From contig CBEVQU010000002.1 in assembly GCA_965552115.1 (NCBI GenBank), positions 1 through 36,917 on the forward strand: a DNA stretch of 36,917 bases, in the 5' to 3' direction. Positions 1 through 9,026 of the stretch are shown here, piece after piece. Each line of letters begins with the position of its first letter. Position 1 is the stretch's first letter. The notes below the pieces were generated by a model that ran no database searches, was not told the origin of the DNA, and worked only from the letters and a program-made list of their open reading frames with translations. Source of the stretch: an uncultured bacterium. Its GTDB lineage: Bacteria > Patescibacteriota > Minisyncoccia > Minisyncoccales > CAZLLZ01. Both the position numbers and the translations under genes were made by a program.

Positions 1-2
1 CA

Positions 3-110
3 AAAGATGGATTCGGTTTTATAACAAAAGATGGTTCTCTCTCTGCTCATTTTGAGCATACAATTGCTATCACAAAAAAAGGCCCCATTATATTGACAAA
101 AACTAGTTAG
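3..110 (+). CDS. map: Methionine aminopeptidase, 3' end (truncated by window start)
   Basis: Manual translation KDGFGFITKDGSLSAHFEHTIAITKKGPIILTKTS* contains the MetAP C-terminal signature TKDGSLSAHFEHT. Confidence 0.9.
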   Translation, partial: KDGFGFITKDGSLSAHFEHTIAITKKGPIILTKTS

Positions 111-168
111 AGATTGGTTTTCTAACTGTTTTTTTGTTTTAAAATATTTTATGATAGAATAATTTAAA

Positions 169-903
169 ATGGAAAAAGATATTTTTTTATCAGTTATCAT
201 TCCAGCTTACAATGAAGAAAAGAGACTGCCAAAGACCTTAAAGGCAGTTTCAGATTATCTTTCTAAACAAGATTATGAGTTTGAAATTATTGTGGTAGAT
301 GATGGTTCCAGAGATAAGACAAAAGAAATTGCTGAAAATTTAAAAAGCAAGATTAAAAATTTAAGAGTTTTAAGTTATGAGAAAAACCAAGGGAAAGGAT
401 ATGCTGTAAGATTTGGAATGTTAAATAGTAAAGGAAAATATAGATTATTTATGGATGCAGATAATTCTACTTCAGTAGATCAGGTAGAGAAAATGTGGCC
501 TTATTTTAAAGAAGGATATGATGTTGTTATTGGTTCTCGAGATGTCAAAGGAGCTGTTTTAGATCCTCCTCAACCTCTTTATAGGAGATTTTTAGGAGAA
601 GTTTTTGGCTTTTTAGTTTCTTTATTTTGTGGCTTGTGGGGAATAAAAGATACTCAATGTGGATTTAAATGCTTTACTAAAAAGTCTGCTGAAGATATTT
701 TCAAGAGATGTAAAATAAATAGATTTGCTTTTGATCCTGAAATTTTAGTGATAGCTAAGAAGTTAGGTTATAGAATAAAAGAAATACCTGTTTATTGGAA
801 AAACGATCCAAATAGCAAAGTAAAATTTAAGAGTATGGTGAAAATGGGGATGGATTTAATAAAAATAAGAATAAATATTTTAAAAGGAGAATATTCAAAA
901 TGA
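169..903 (+). CDS. GT2 glycosyltransferase, dolichyl/polyprenyl-phosphate beta-glucosyltransferase-like
   Basis: LSVIIPAYNE, VVDDGSRD, NQGKGYA, FMDAD, DTQCGFK, FAFDPE motifs. Confidence 0.9.
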   Translation: MEKDIFLSVIIPAYNEEKRLPKTLKAVSDYLSKQDYEFEIIVVDDGSRDKTKEIAENLKSKIKNLRVLSYEKNQGKGYAVRFGMLNSKGKYRLFMDADNSTSVDQVEKMWPYFKEGYDVVIGSRDVKGAVLDPPQPLYRRFLGEVFGFLVSLFCGLWGIKDTQCGFKCFTKKSAEDIFKRCKINRFAFDPEILVIAKKLGYRIKEIPVYWKNDPNSKVKFKSMVKMGMDLIKIRINILKGEYSK

Positions 904-1952
904 AGAAAAAGAAGATTAAAAGTTTAAAATTTCCATCTGAATTAAGATTAGATTTAGTTTCAGGAGATTGGGTAGTAATAGCAACAGGTAGAGCAAAGAG
1001 ACCTGAAATGTTTAAGAAAGAAAAAAGGATAAAAGAAACTTTACCCAAAAGACTTTGTCCTTTTTGTAAAATTGAAACTCAACTTCCTCCTGTTTTAATT
1101 TTTTCTCAGGGGAAGAAAATTCCTTATAAAAAAGGGGATAAAATTCCAAAGAATTGGACAACCATTGTTATTCCAAATAAATTTCCGGCATTTTTACCTT
1201 TTGATCAACTAGATAAGAGAAAAGAGAATAATTTATATCAGAGAATGAATGCTGTTGGTTTCCATGAGGTGGTAGTGACACGAGATCATAAAAAGCAAAT
1301 TGCTCAATTTTCAAACAAAGAGGTTAAAGAGGTGATAGATGTTTATCATGAGAGATATTTAGATTTAATGAAAAGAAAGTTTGTAAGGTATGTTTCTATA
1401 TTTCACAATCATGGAGTGGAAGCTGGAGCTTCTATTGCTCATCCGCATTCTCAAATAATAACTACCCCTTTAATAGATGTTGATTTGAAAAAAGCTCTTT
1501 CTAAATCTAGGAAATTTTACAAAACTCACAAAAAATGTATTTATTGCGTAATGAACGATTGGGAAAGAAAACATCAAGAAAGAGTAGTTTTTGAGAATAA
1601 AAACTTTTTGGTGATTTGTCCTTTTGCTTCAAAATCTGCTTTTCAAATGATTATTTCTCCTAAAAAACACTCTCCTTATTTTGAGAAAATTACAGAAAAA
1701 GAAAAAAAAGATCTAGCTGAAGCTTTTAGGGTAGCTTTAGCTAAACTCTACAAAGCTTTGAATGACCCTCCTTATAATTTCTATTTACACACAGCTCCTG
1801 CAGATGGTAAAAAATACCCCTATTATCATTGGCATTTCACTATTTTACCTAAAACTTCTGTCTGGGCAGGTTTTGAATTAGGAGCTAGAATGGAAATTTC
1901 TACTATTGAACCTGAAAAAGCAGCTCAATATTTAAGGAAACAAAAAGTATGA
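900..1952 (+). CDS. galT: Galactose-1-phosphate uridylyltransferase
   Basis: ELRLDLVSGDWV...RAKRP, CPFC, PNKFPA, GASIAHPHSQI (HPH nucleophile), AGFELG. Confidence 0.92.
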   Translation: MKKKKIKSLKFPSELRLDLVSGDWVVIATGRAKRPEMFKKEKRIKETLPKRLCPFCKIETQLPPVLIFSQGKKIPYKKGDKIPKNWTTIVIPNKFPAFLPFDQLDKRKENNLYQRMNAVGFHEVVVTRDHKKQIAQFSNKEVKEVIDVYHERYLDLMKRKFVRYVSIFHNHGVEAGASIAHPHSQIITTPLIDVDLKKALSKSRKFYKTHKKCIYCVMNDWERKHQERVVFENKNFLVICPFASKSAFQMIISPKKHSPYFEKITEKEKKDLAEAFRVALAKLYKALNDPPYNFYLHTAPADGKKYPYYHWHFTILPKTSVWAGFELGARMEISTIEPEKAAQYLRKQKV

Positions 1953-1961
1953 AATAAAGAA

Positions 1962-2678
1962 ATGAGAAGTTTAAAAGATAATAACACCGCCCCTCTTATT
2001 TTTATTCTAGGAGGAGTTCATTGCTCAAGAAAGCTTTATAAAAAAGAAATTGATATTATAAAGGAGATAAATCCAGATGTGCTTTGCTTGGAAGAGATAA
2101 CTTCAGATAGATTATTTATTAAAGCGTGTGAAAAATTCTCGAAAGGAAAATTAAGACTTTCGGAATTTAAAAAAGCCGTTAAATTTGAAGAATACTGGTT
2201 TAAATTCGATCCTTATATTGAGCTTTTCAGTTTTATTCAAAAAAATAATATAAATTTATATCCCATAGATCATAAATTAAGAGAGCGTATAAAATTAATA
2301 AGATTAGAAAAAAAGATCTTAAAATTTATTAAGAAAGGAAAAAAAATCTCTAAATTAAAAAGACAAGAGGAAGAACTTTCTGTGGTTGAGAGAGAGAAAG
2401 AGATGGTTGAAAATATAGAAAAAGCACTTAAAAAATATAAAAGCAGAATTGCTTGCGTAATAGTTGGTTTAAATCATGTAGAGAGGTTAAAGAAGGTTTT
2501 ATCTCAGAGAGGATATAAAGTAAAAAGTGAGATTCTTTCCACTTCTAAAGAAATCGAAATTTATCTTCAAAGAATGTATAGATATGCAATAAGAAATAAA
2601 ATAGAAAATCTTGATCTTCCTCCTCTTGTACCAATCTTTGTATTAGTTTTTAAGTTATTAAATAAACAAATTAAATAA
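1962..2678 (+). CDS. Hypothetical protein, TraB/GumN/ChaN (TIKI/EreA-like) fold
   Basis: ILGGVH, DVLCLEE, REKEMVENI and IVGLNHV match the H/E/R/H pattern of this superfamily. Confidence 0.55.
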   Translation: MRSLKDNNTAPLIFILGGVHCSRKLYKKEIDIIKEINPDVLCLEEITSDRLFIKACEKFSKGKLRLSEFKKAVKFEEYWFKFDPYIELFSFIQKNNINLYPIDHKLRERIKLIRLEKKILKFIKKGKKISKLKRQEEELSVVEREKEMVENIEKALKKYKSRIACVIVGLNHVERLKKVLSQRGYKVKSEILSTSKEIEIYLQRMYRYAIRNKIENLDLPPLVPIFVLVFKLLNKQIK

Positions 2679-2682
2679 CATT

Positions 2683-3447
2683 ATGAAATATCAAATTATA
2701 GCTAACTGGAAAATGAATCCTCTTTTAGAAAAAGAAGCCCTTTCTCTTTTCAATTCTATAAGAAAGAAAGCAGAGAAATTTAAAAAATCAGAAATAATAA
2801 TTTGTCCTCCTTTTTTGTTTTTGTTTCTTTTTAAAAATAAAATATCAAAAAATTTAAAAATAGGAGCTCAAAATTGTTTTTTTGAAGAAAAAGGAGCTTT
2901 TACAGGTGAAATTTCACTAAAAATGCTTAAAAATTTTAAAGTAGAATATGTTATTTTAGGTCATTCTGAAAGAAGAAGATATTTTGGAGAAACAGATGAA
3001 ATGATTAACAAAAAAATAAAAGCTTCAATAAAAAATAAAATTAATCCTATTTTATGTATTGGAGAAACTCTCAAAGAAAGAAGAGAAAACAAAACTTTCA
3101 AAGTTTTAGAAAGACAAATAAAGACAGCTTTAAAAGGAATTTCTCAAAAAAGCCTTCAAAGAGTAAAATTGTCTTTAGCTTATGAACCTGTCTGGGCGAT
3201 TGGAAAGGGTAAAAGTTGCTCAGAAAGAGAGATAGAGAAAGCTTCTCTTTTTATTAAAAAAATTTTAGCTAAATTATATAGTATTTCTTTCTTTAAAAGG
3301 ATAAAAGTATTATATGGAGGAAGCGTGAATGAGAAAAATGCTAAAAAAATATTAAAAGAAGGGAGAGTAGAAGGCCTTTTAATAGGATCTGCTTCTTTGA
3401 AAAAAGAAGTTTTTATAAAGATTCTCAAGGAAGTTGAAGAAATTTGA
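2683..3447 (+). CDS. tpiA: Triosephosphate isomerase
   Basis: ANWKMN, GAFTGEIS, GHSERR, AYEPVWAIG, YGGSV. Confidence 0.97.
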   Translation: MKYQIIANWKMNPLLEKEALSLFNSIRKKAEKFKKSEIIICPPFLFLFLFKNKISKNLKIGAQNCFFEEKGAFTGEISLKMLKNFKVEYVILGHSERRRYFGETDEMINKKIKASIKNKINPILCIGETLKERRENKTFKVLERQIKTALKGISQKSLQRVKLSLAYEPVWAIGKGKSCSEREIEKASLFIKKILAKLYSISFFKRIKVLYGGSVNEKNAKKILKEGRVEGLLIGSASLKKEVFIKILKEVEEI

Positions 3448-3481
3448 CTTTTCTTTCAAAAGTAGTAGAATTTAGAAAACT

Positions 3482-4003
3482 ATGGAGATTTTAAAAGAAA
3501 GTATTAAAAAATATACTTTTTTTAACCCTACTAAGGGAAATTTATCTTTTTTAGAAGTAGTGAAAGAAATGATGGCTTATATTAAAGAAAAACCTGATAA
3601 AGATTATGAGGTGATTGTAGGATGCGATTCTTCATCAGATAAAGAGCCTCACTTCCCGGTAGCTTTAGTTATTTTAAGAAAAGGGGAAGGAGGAAGATTT
3701 TTCTTAAAAAGAATTAGCTATAAAAATAGAAAGTTTTATAATTGGAAAGAAAGAATTTTACAAGAGGTTTTAATCTCTTGTGAAATAGCCATATCTTTAA
3801 GGGAAGCTTTAAGAGAAGAAATCAAAAAGGAAAAATTAGTTTTAGGATATGAATTTAAATACATTCATGCAGACGTAGGAACAGGAGGAGCTACCAAAGA
3901 TATGATAAGAGAAGTGGTGGGGTTAATTAAAGGAAACGGGTTTGAAGCTAAAATCAAACCTGAAGCTTATGTCGCTTCTGTAGTAGCAGATAGATATGCT
4001 TAA
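3482..4003 (+). CDS. Ribonuclease H-like YkuK (DUF458) family protein
   Basis: VIVGCDSS, ERILQEV, IHADVG, IKPEAYVASVVADRY. Confidence 0.85.
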   Translation: MEILKESIKKYTFFNPTKGNLSFLEVVKEMMAYIKEKPDKDYEVIVGCDSSSDKEPHFPVALVILRKGEGGRFFLKRISYKNRKFYNWKERILQEVLISCEIAISLREALREEIKKEKLVLGYEFKYIHADVGTGGATKDMIREVVGLIKGNGFEAKIKPEAYVASVVADRYA

Positions 4004-4054
4004 TTTTCTTTTATTTTCAAAAAAAGAAAACCCAAAACAAAAATTTTTATTCCG

Positions 4055-4092
4055 ACCAAAATTCCACTGCTACGTAGCAGTGGAATTTTGGT
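4055..4092. repeat. Perfect 38-bp palindrome (terminator or cruciform candidate)
   Basis: accaaaattccactgctac|gtagcagtggaattttggt is self-complementary with no spacer. Confidence 0.9.
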
Positions 4093-4134
4093 GATTGAAA
4101 AATTGGAAATGTCTTTATTTTAGAGTTTTTGTGC

Positions 4135-4167
4135 TTGACAAAAAATATTTTGGGTATATACTCAAAA
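4135..4167 (+). promoter_or_regulatory. Sigma70-type promoter with overlapping imperfect palindrome (operator candidate)
   Basis: TTGACA 4135-4140, 16 nt spacer, TATACT 4157-4162; ttttgggtatatactcaaaa at 4148-4167 is near-palindromic. Confidence 0.65.
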
Positions 4168-4207
4168 AAAAGGTCGCTAATTGATTTATAAAATTTAAAG
4201 CTGAAAT

Positions 4208-4456
4208 ATGCCATTTGGTTTTGGAGGAGGCCCTTGGTGGTTATACTCCAATTATTCTGGAAGATTCCCTTATAGTTGGTGGAGGTGTTTTAGATTTCCT
4301 TGGCTACCTAGATGGTGGTGGGCTTACCCTTATTTTACAGACCAAATTTCTCCGACAGAAGAGAAAGAAATTTTATCCAAAGAATTAGAAATTTTGAGAG
4401 AAGAGATGAAAAACATTGAAGAGAGAATTAAAGAATTAGAAAAGAAGAAGAAATGA
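4208..4456 (+). CDS. DUF5320-like small protein
   Basis: Gly/Trp/Arg-rich N-terminus and C-terminal coiled coil EEKEILSKELEILREEMKNIEERIKELE; directly upstream of a NifX-family gene. Confidence 0.7.
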   Translation: MPFGFGGGPWWLYSNYSGRFPYSWWRCFRFPWLPRWWWAYPYFTDQISPTEEKEILSKELEILREEMKNIEERIKELEKKKK

Positions 4457-4866
4457 AAATTTGTATCACTTCTTTAGGTCCTGACTTGGATTCCTTGGTT
4501 GACCCTCGTTTTGGAAGGTGTGCTTTTTTTCTCTTTCTGAACGAAAAAGGAGAGCTAGAAGAAGTACTTCAAAACCCTGGAGTTGGAGCTATGAGGGGAG
4601 CTGGGATTTTAGCTGCTCAAGAAATAGCTTCTCGAGGAGCAAATATTCTTTTGACAGGAAATATAGGACCTAATGCTTTTGGAGTATTAGTTTCGATTGG
4701 AATTAAAATTTTTCTTGTCTCTCCTAATTTTTCGGTAAAAGAAGCTTTTTTAGCTTGGAAAGAGAATAAATTAACCCAATTGACCGCTCCTACTGCTCCT
4801 GGTCATTTCGGAAGAGGTTTCGGAAGAGGTTTCGGGAGAGGTTTTGGGAGAAAAAGAGGGTTTTAA
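4453..4866 (+). CDS. NifB/NifX family (FeMo-co binding fold) protein
   Basis: VDPRFGRC, GAGILAAQ, TGNIGPNAF, GRGF-repeat tail. Confidence 0.9.
   Translation: MKICITSLGPDLDSLVDPRFGRCAFFLFLNEKGELEEVLQNPGVGAMRGAGILAAQEIASRGANILLTGNIGPNAFGVLVSIGIKIFLVSPNFSVKEAFLAWKENKLTQLTAPTAPGHFGRGFGRGFGRGFGRKRGF
4806..4851 (+). repeat. 12-bp tandem repeat encoding (FGRG)n tail
   Basis: tttcggaagagg x2, tttcgggagagg, ttttgggaga. Confidence 0.85.
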
Positions 4867-4871
4867 AAATT

Positions 4872-6101
4872 ATGAAAGGAGAAAAGATTTCTCTCTTGAG
4901 CACTTTTTTGAATTTATTTTTAGCTGTTAGTAAATTAACCTTTGGTTTCATTATTAAAAGTATTGCTTTAATGGCAGATGGAGTCCATTCTGGTTTGGAC
5001 GTGATTTCTTCTTTTATCACTTTTTTGGGAATTAAAATTTCTCAAAAGCCAGTCGATGAAACTCATCCTTATGGATACTATAAAGCAGAAAGTATAGCAG
5101 GTTTTTTAGTCACCATTATTTTAGCTATTTCTGGTATTTGGATTTTGTATGAAGCTATTGAGAGAATTTTAGGTGAAAAAATTCCATTTTTTAGTTTGAA
5201 AGCTATTTTATTTGTTATCTTTTCTATTGTTTTAGTAGAAATTTTAGCTAGATTAAAATTTTATTATGGAGAAAAATATCAATCTCTCTCTTTGATAGCT
5301 GACGCTGAACATTCAAGGGCAGATGCTATTTCTTCTGTAGGAGTTTTAATTGGTTTGATAGCGATAAAATATTTTCCTTTAGCTGATGCTTTTATTGCTT
5401 TAGGAATTTCTTTCTTTGTTTTATTTCAAGCTGTCAAAATCGGGAAAGAAATTACAGATTCCTTATTAGATGTGGCTAATAAAGAAGTTGAAGAAAGAAT
5501 CAGAAAAATTTGTCAAGCCCACAATATTGAGATTTCTCAAATCAAAACAAGGAAAATAGGTTCGGCAAATTTTGCTGAAGTAAAAATCAAACTTCCTCTG
5601 AAATTAAAAGTAGAAGAAGTCGATAAAATTACAAAATCTTTAGAAGAAAGAGTTCTTTCAAATATTCCAGAATTAAAATACATAGTTTTTTCTATTGAAC
5701 CTTATCAAGTCAAAAGAAGTGTTATTTTACAAGATTTTGGGAGAAAGATCTGTTCAGTAGAGGGAATAGAAAAAATTGGACCAAAAAAATTAGGGAAAAG
5801 GATAATAATCCCTCTTGAGAATAAAAAAATCGCTAAAACTTTCGGAGCAAAAAATTATCTCATTTTAGATAAGAAAGAAGGAAAAATTTTAAGAAAAGAA
5901 ATAATAAAAAACATTTATTTTAAAAAAACCTCTCCTCATGGAGCTCGTTTTGCTAAAGCTGTCAGAGCAGACAAAGTTTTCACTTATCAAATAGGAAAGA
6001 ATGCTAAAAAGAATTTAGAAAATTTTGGAATAGAAATTGAAATTATTCCTTCAGAGAAAAAAATAAAAGATCTTATTTCTGAAATTGAAAAAGAAAATTA
6101 A
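4872..6101 (+). CDS. Cation diffusion facilitator (FieF-like) with C-terminal NifX-like domain
   Basis: ADGVHSGLD, HPYGYYKAE, ADAEHSRAD, about 6 hydrophobic segments; C-terminal TFGAKNY...QIGKNA resembles the NifX fold. Confidence 0.9.
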   Translation: MKGEKISLLSTFLNLFLAVSKLTFGFIIKSIALMADGVHSGLDVISSFITFLGIKISQKPVDETHPYGYYKAESIAGFLVTIILAISGIWILYEAIERILGEKIPFFSLKAILFVIFSIVLVEILARLKFYYGEKYQSLSLIADAEHSRADAISSVGVLIGLIAIKYFPLADAFIALGISFFVLFQAVKIGKEITDSLLDVANKEVEERIRKICQAHNIEISQIKTRKIGSANFAEVKIKLPLKLKVEEVDKITKSLEERVLSNIPELKYIVFSIEPYQVKRSVILQDFGRKICSVEGIEKIGPKKLGKRIIIPLENKKIAKTFGAKNYLILDKKEGKILRKEIIKNIYFKKTSPHGARFAKAVRADKVFTYQIGKNAKKNLENFGIEIEIIPSEKKIKDLISEIEKEN

Positions 6102-6918
6102 AAAAATAGCTATTACAGGAGGAAAAGGGGGGACAGGAAAGTCTACCTTCTCTATTTTATTTGCTAAAGAACTTTTAAAAAAAGGAAAAAAAGTTGTATT
6201 GGTAGATTGTGATGTGGAATGCCCGAATGACTATTTATTGTTAGGAAAAAAATTTAAAAATTTATCAAAGTTAATTTTTGCTACTTTTCCTAAGTTAGAT
6301 AAAAGAAAATGCAGAAAGTGTGGCCTTTGTTCTAAAGTCTGTAAAGAAAATGCTATCTTTTTTGTTCCTGGAAATTATCCTCTTTTTATCAAGGAGCTTT
6401 GTTCAGGTTGTAAAGCTTGTATAATTTCTTGTCCTTTTTCAGCTATAAAGGAAGAAAAAGAAAAGGTGGGAGAAATTTATTTGAATAAAATAAAAAATAA
6501 TTTTTATCTAATAACAGGGATAACTAAAGTAGGAGTAGAGGAAACAGGTCCTGTTGTCAGAGAGGTTAAAAATTTTGCTCAAAAGTTTGCTAAGAAAATA
6601 AAAGCAGACTTTATTTTATTTGACTCTCCTCCTGGAGTTCATTGTCCGGTAATTTCTACTGTTTTAGGTACAGATTTAGTTTATTTGGTGACAGAACCTA
6701 CTCCAATGGGAGAGCATGATCTAGAGCAGATTTTAATTTTGTGTAAGAAATTAAAATTGAAAACAAAAATTATTTTAAATCAGTCAAATTTAGGAGAAAA
6801 GAAGGGAATTGAAAAAATTTCTAAGAAATATAAAGTGAAAATTGAAAAAGAAATTCCTTATTCTGAAGAAATTGCTAAAGCTTATTCAAAAGGTCGTCTT
6901 CTAGAGATTAATTTTTAA
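6085..6918 (+). CDS. MinD-superfamily P-loop ATPase with inserted 2x[4Fe-4S] ferredoxin
   Basis: GGKGGTGKS, DCDVECPN, CRKCGLCSKVC, CSGCKACIISCP, DSPPGVHCP, TEPTPMG. Confidence 0.9.
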   Translation: MKKKIKKIAITGGKGGTGKSTFSILFAKELLKKGKKVVLVDCDVECPNDYLLLGKKFKNLSKLIFATFPKLDKRKCRKCGLCSKVCKENAIFFVPGNYPLFIKELCSGCKACIISCPFSAIKEEKEKVGEIYLNKIKNNFYLITGITKVGVEETGPVVREVKNFAQKFAKKIKADFILFDSPPGVHCPVISTVLGTDLVYLVTEPTPMGEHDLEQILILCKKLKLKTKIILNQSNLGEKKGIEKISKKYKVKIEKEIPYSEEIAKAYSKGRLLEINF

Positions 6919-6927
6919 AAATAAAAT

Positions 6928-7443
6928 ATGGCACTATTACCTTCGTTAAAAAAAGAAGAAGTTAATGAAATAGCTAAAGAAATTTATAATTTTTTTGAAA
7001 AAAAAACAGGAAAAGTCCCAGAATGGGTGAAAGTAATGGCGCATAGATCTGAAATTTTAAAAGAATTTGTTGAATTATTTAGGGTAATTATGGAAGAAGG
7101 AGAAATTGATCAGTTTTTGAAATGGAAGATAGCTTTGGTAGTTTCGGAAACTTTAAGGTGTCCTTTTTGCGTGGACGTTTCTGTAAAAATGCTAAAAAAA
7201 TTAGGAGCCAAAGACGAAGTAATAGAAAAGATTAAAAAAAGAGAAGGGGAGACAGAAGAAGAAAAAAATGTTTTAGAACTAATAAAAGATGTTACTTTGG
7301 ACGGACACTTAGATAGACCTGAACTTTTTGAAAAATTAAGAGAAAAATTTACTCCTTCTCAGATTGTAGAAATTATTTCAGTAATGGGACTTTTCAACTA
7401 TATTAATAGATTTAACAATACTTTAGCTATTTTACCTGAGTAA
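6928..7443 (+). CDS. Carboxymuconolactone decarboxylase/AhpD-like peroxidase-related protein
   Basis: IALVVS...CPFCVD, FNYINRFN. Confidence 0.8.
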   Translation: MALLPSLKKEEVNEIAKEIYNFFEKKTGKVPEWVKVMAHRSEILKEFVELFRVIMEEGEIDQFLKWKIALVVSETLRCPFCVDVSVKMLKKLGAKDEVIEKIKKREGETEEEKNVLELIKDVTLDGHLDRPELFEKLREKFTPSQIVEIISVMGLFNYINRFNNTLAILPE

Positions 7444-7445
7444 AA

Positions 7446-8027
7446 ATGAGAGAAAGCAAAGAGCTTGAGAAAATTAAAAAAGAAATTCTATCTTGTAAAA
7501 AATGTCCTCTTTATAAAACAAGGAGAAATCCTGTAGCAGGAGAAGGGAATCCTAAAGCTAAAATAATGTTTATTGGAGAGGCTCCAGGAGAAAATGAGGA
7601 TAGAGAAGGTAGACCCTTTTGCGGGAAAGCAGGAAAAATTCTAGATGAATTATTAGAAAAAATAAGCTTAAAAAGAGAAGATGTTTTTATTGGTAATTTA
7701 TTAAAATGTCGACCTCCTCAAAATAGAGATCCTAAATCAGAGGAAATTTTAGCTTGCTCTCCTTTTTTAGAAAAACAGATCGAAATTATAAAGCCAGAGA
7801 TTATTTGTCCTCTGGGTAGATATTCAATGAAATTTATTTTTGAAAAATATGGTTTAAAAGATGAATTAGATTCCATCTCAAAAATTCATGGTAAAGTTTT
7901 TGAAGTAAGAACTCTTTTTCAAAAAGTGAAAATTATCCCTTTTTACCATCCTGCGGTTTGCACTTACAATCCAAGAATGAGAGAAATTTTAGAGCAAGAT
8001 TTTAAGATTTTAGAAAAATTTAAATGA
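7446..8027 (+). CDS. Uracil-DNA glycosylase family 4
   Basis: CKKCPL, GEAPG, GRPFCG, KCRPPQNRDP, YHPA. Confidence 0.95.
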   Translation: MRESKELEKIKKEILSCKKCPLYKTRRNPVAGEGNPKAKIMFIGEAPGENEDREGRPFCGKAGKILDELLEKISLKREDVFIGNLLKCRPPQNRDPKSEEILACSPFLEKQIEIIKPEIICPLGRYSMKFIFEKYGLKDELDSISKIHGKVFEVRTLFQKVKIIPFYHPAVCTYNPRMREILEQDFKILEKFK

Positions 8028-8028
8028 T

Positions 8029-8475
8029 ATGTCTTTAGAGAAATATTGGCAGAAAAGAGATTTTAAAAAGACAAAAGAGCCGAAAGGGAAAATTTCTAAA
8101 ATTTCTAAAAATAGGTTTGTGATTCAAGAACATTGGGCTACTCATCATCATTTTGATTTAAGATTAGAAATGGATGGAGTTTTGAAATCATGGGCTGTTC
8201 CAAAAGGATTGCCAGAAAAAGCGAGAATAAAAAGGTTAGCGGTTCAAGTAGAAGATCATCCTGTAAATTACCTTAATTTTGAAGGTGAAATTCCCGAAGG
8301 TTGTTATGGAGCAGGAATTGTTAAAATTTTTGACAAAGGAAAATATGAACTTATTGAAAAAAGAGAAGATAGATTAATTTTTAAATTAAATGGGGAAAAA
8401 GTAAAAGGAAAGTACACTCTGATTAAGATGAAAGGTCAAAAAAATCAATGGTTAATATTTAAGACAAATTTATGA
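8029..8475 (+). CDS. Stand-alone LigD 3'-phosphoesterase (PE) domain protein
   Basis: YWQKRDFKKTKEP, FVIQEHWATHHHFDLRLE, SWAVPKG, RLAVQVEDHP, YGAG. Confidence 0.92.
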   Translation: MSLEKYWQKRDFKKTKEPKGKISKISKNRFVIQEHWATHHHFDLRLEMDGVLKSWAVPKGLPEKARIKRLAVQVEDHPVNYLNFEGEIPEGCYGAGIVKIFDKGKYELIEKREDRLIFKLNGEKVKGKYTLIKMKGQKNQWLIFKTNL

Positions 8476-9026
8476 AAAGAGAAAAAGCACTAAATCTTTT
8501 GAGAGAGAATTTAAAGAATCAGAATTTAATTAAGCATTCTTTAGCAGTAGAAGCTGGAATGAGAGCTTTGGCAAGGTATTTCAAAGAAGACGAAGAAAAA
8601 TGGGGATTGTGTGGATTGTTACACGATATTGATTATGAAAAGACAAAGGGAGATCCAAAACTGCACTCTAAAATAGGTTCTCAAATGCTTAAAGATTTTG
8701 GAGTTGATGAAGAAATTTGTCAAGCTGTTTTAGTTCATAATGAAGCTCATGGGATGGAACCTGAAACCTTAATGGCCAAAGCTTTATATTGTGTAGATCC
8801 TCTGACAGGATTGATAGTGGCAGCAACTTTAGTTTTACCTTCAAAGAAAATTAATGATTTGAAAGTCGAAAACGTATTAAATAGATTTAAAGAGAAAGCT
8901 TTTGCTAGAGGAGTAAATAGAGAAATTATTAAAAAATGCGAAAATTATTTAAATTTACCCTTGGAAAAATTTATTGAAATTGTTCTATCTGCTATGCAAA
9001 AAATTTCAGACAAATTAGGTCTTTAA
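8472..9026 (+). CDS. HDIG/HD-domain metal-dependent phosphohydrolase
   Basis: KHSLAVEA, GLLHDIDYE, DPLTGLI, FARGVNRE. Confidence 0.88.
   Translation: MKREKALNLLRENLKNQNLIKHSLAVEAGMRALARYFKEDEEKWGLCGLLHDIDYEKTKGDPKLHSKIGSQMLKDFGVDEEICQAVLVHNEAHGMEPETLMAKALYCVDPLTGLIVAATLVLPSKKINDLKVENVLNRFKEKAFARGVNREIIKKCENYLNLPLEKFIEIVLSAMQKISDKLGL

Noticed and set aside
4806-4851. Tandem repeat as CRISPR or contingency locus
   Set aside because: In-frame 12-mers encoding the GRGF tail usual in this family; no spacers
4453-6101. Nitrogen fixation genes
   Set aside because: NifX-fold proteins in this operon type occur in non-diazotrophs; no nifHDK present
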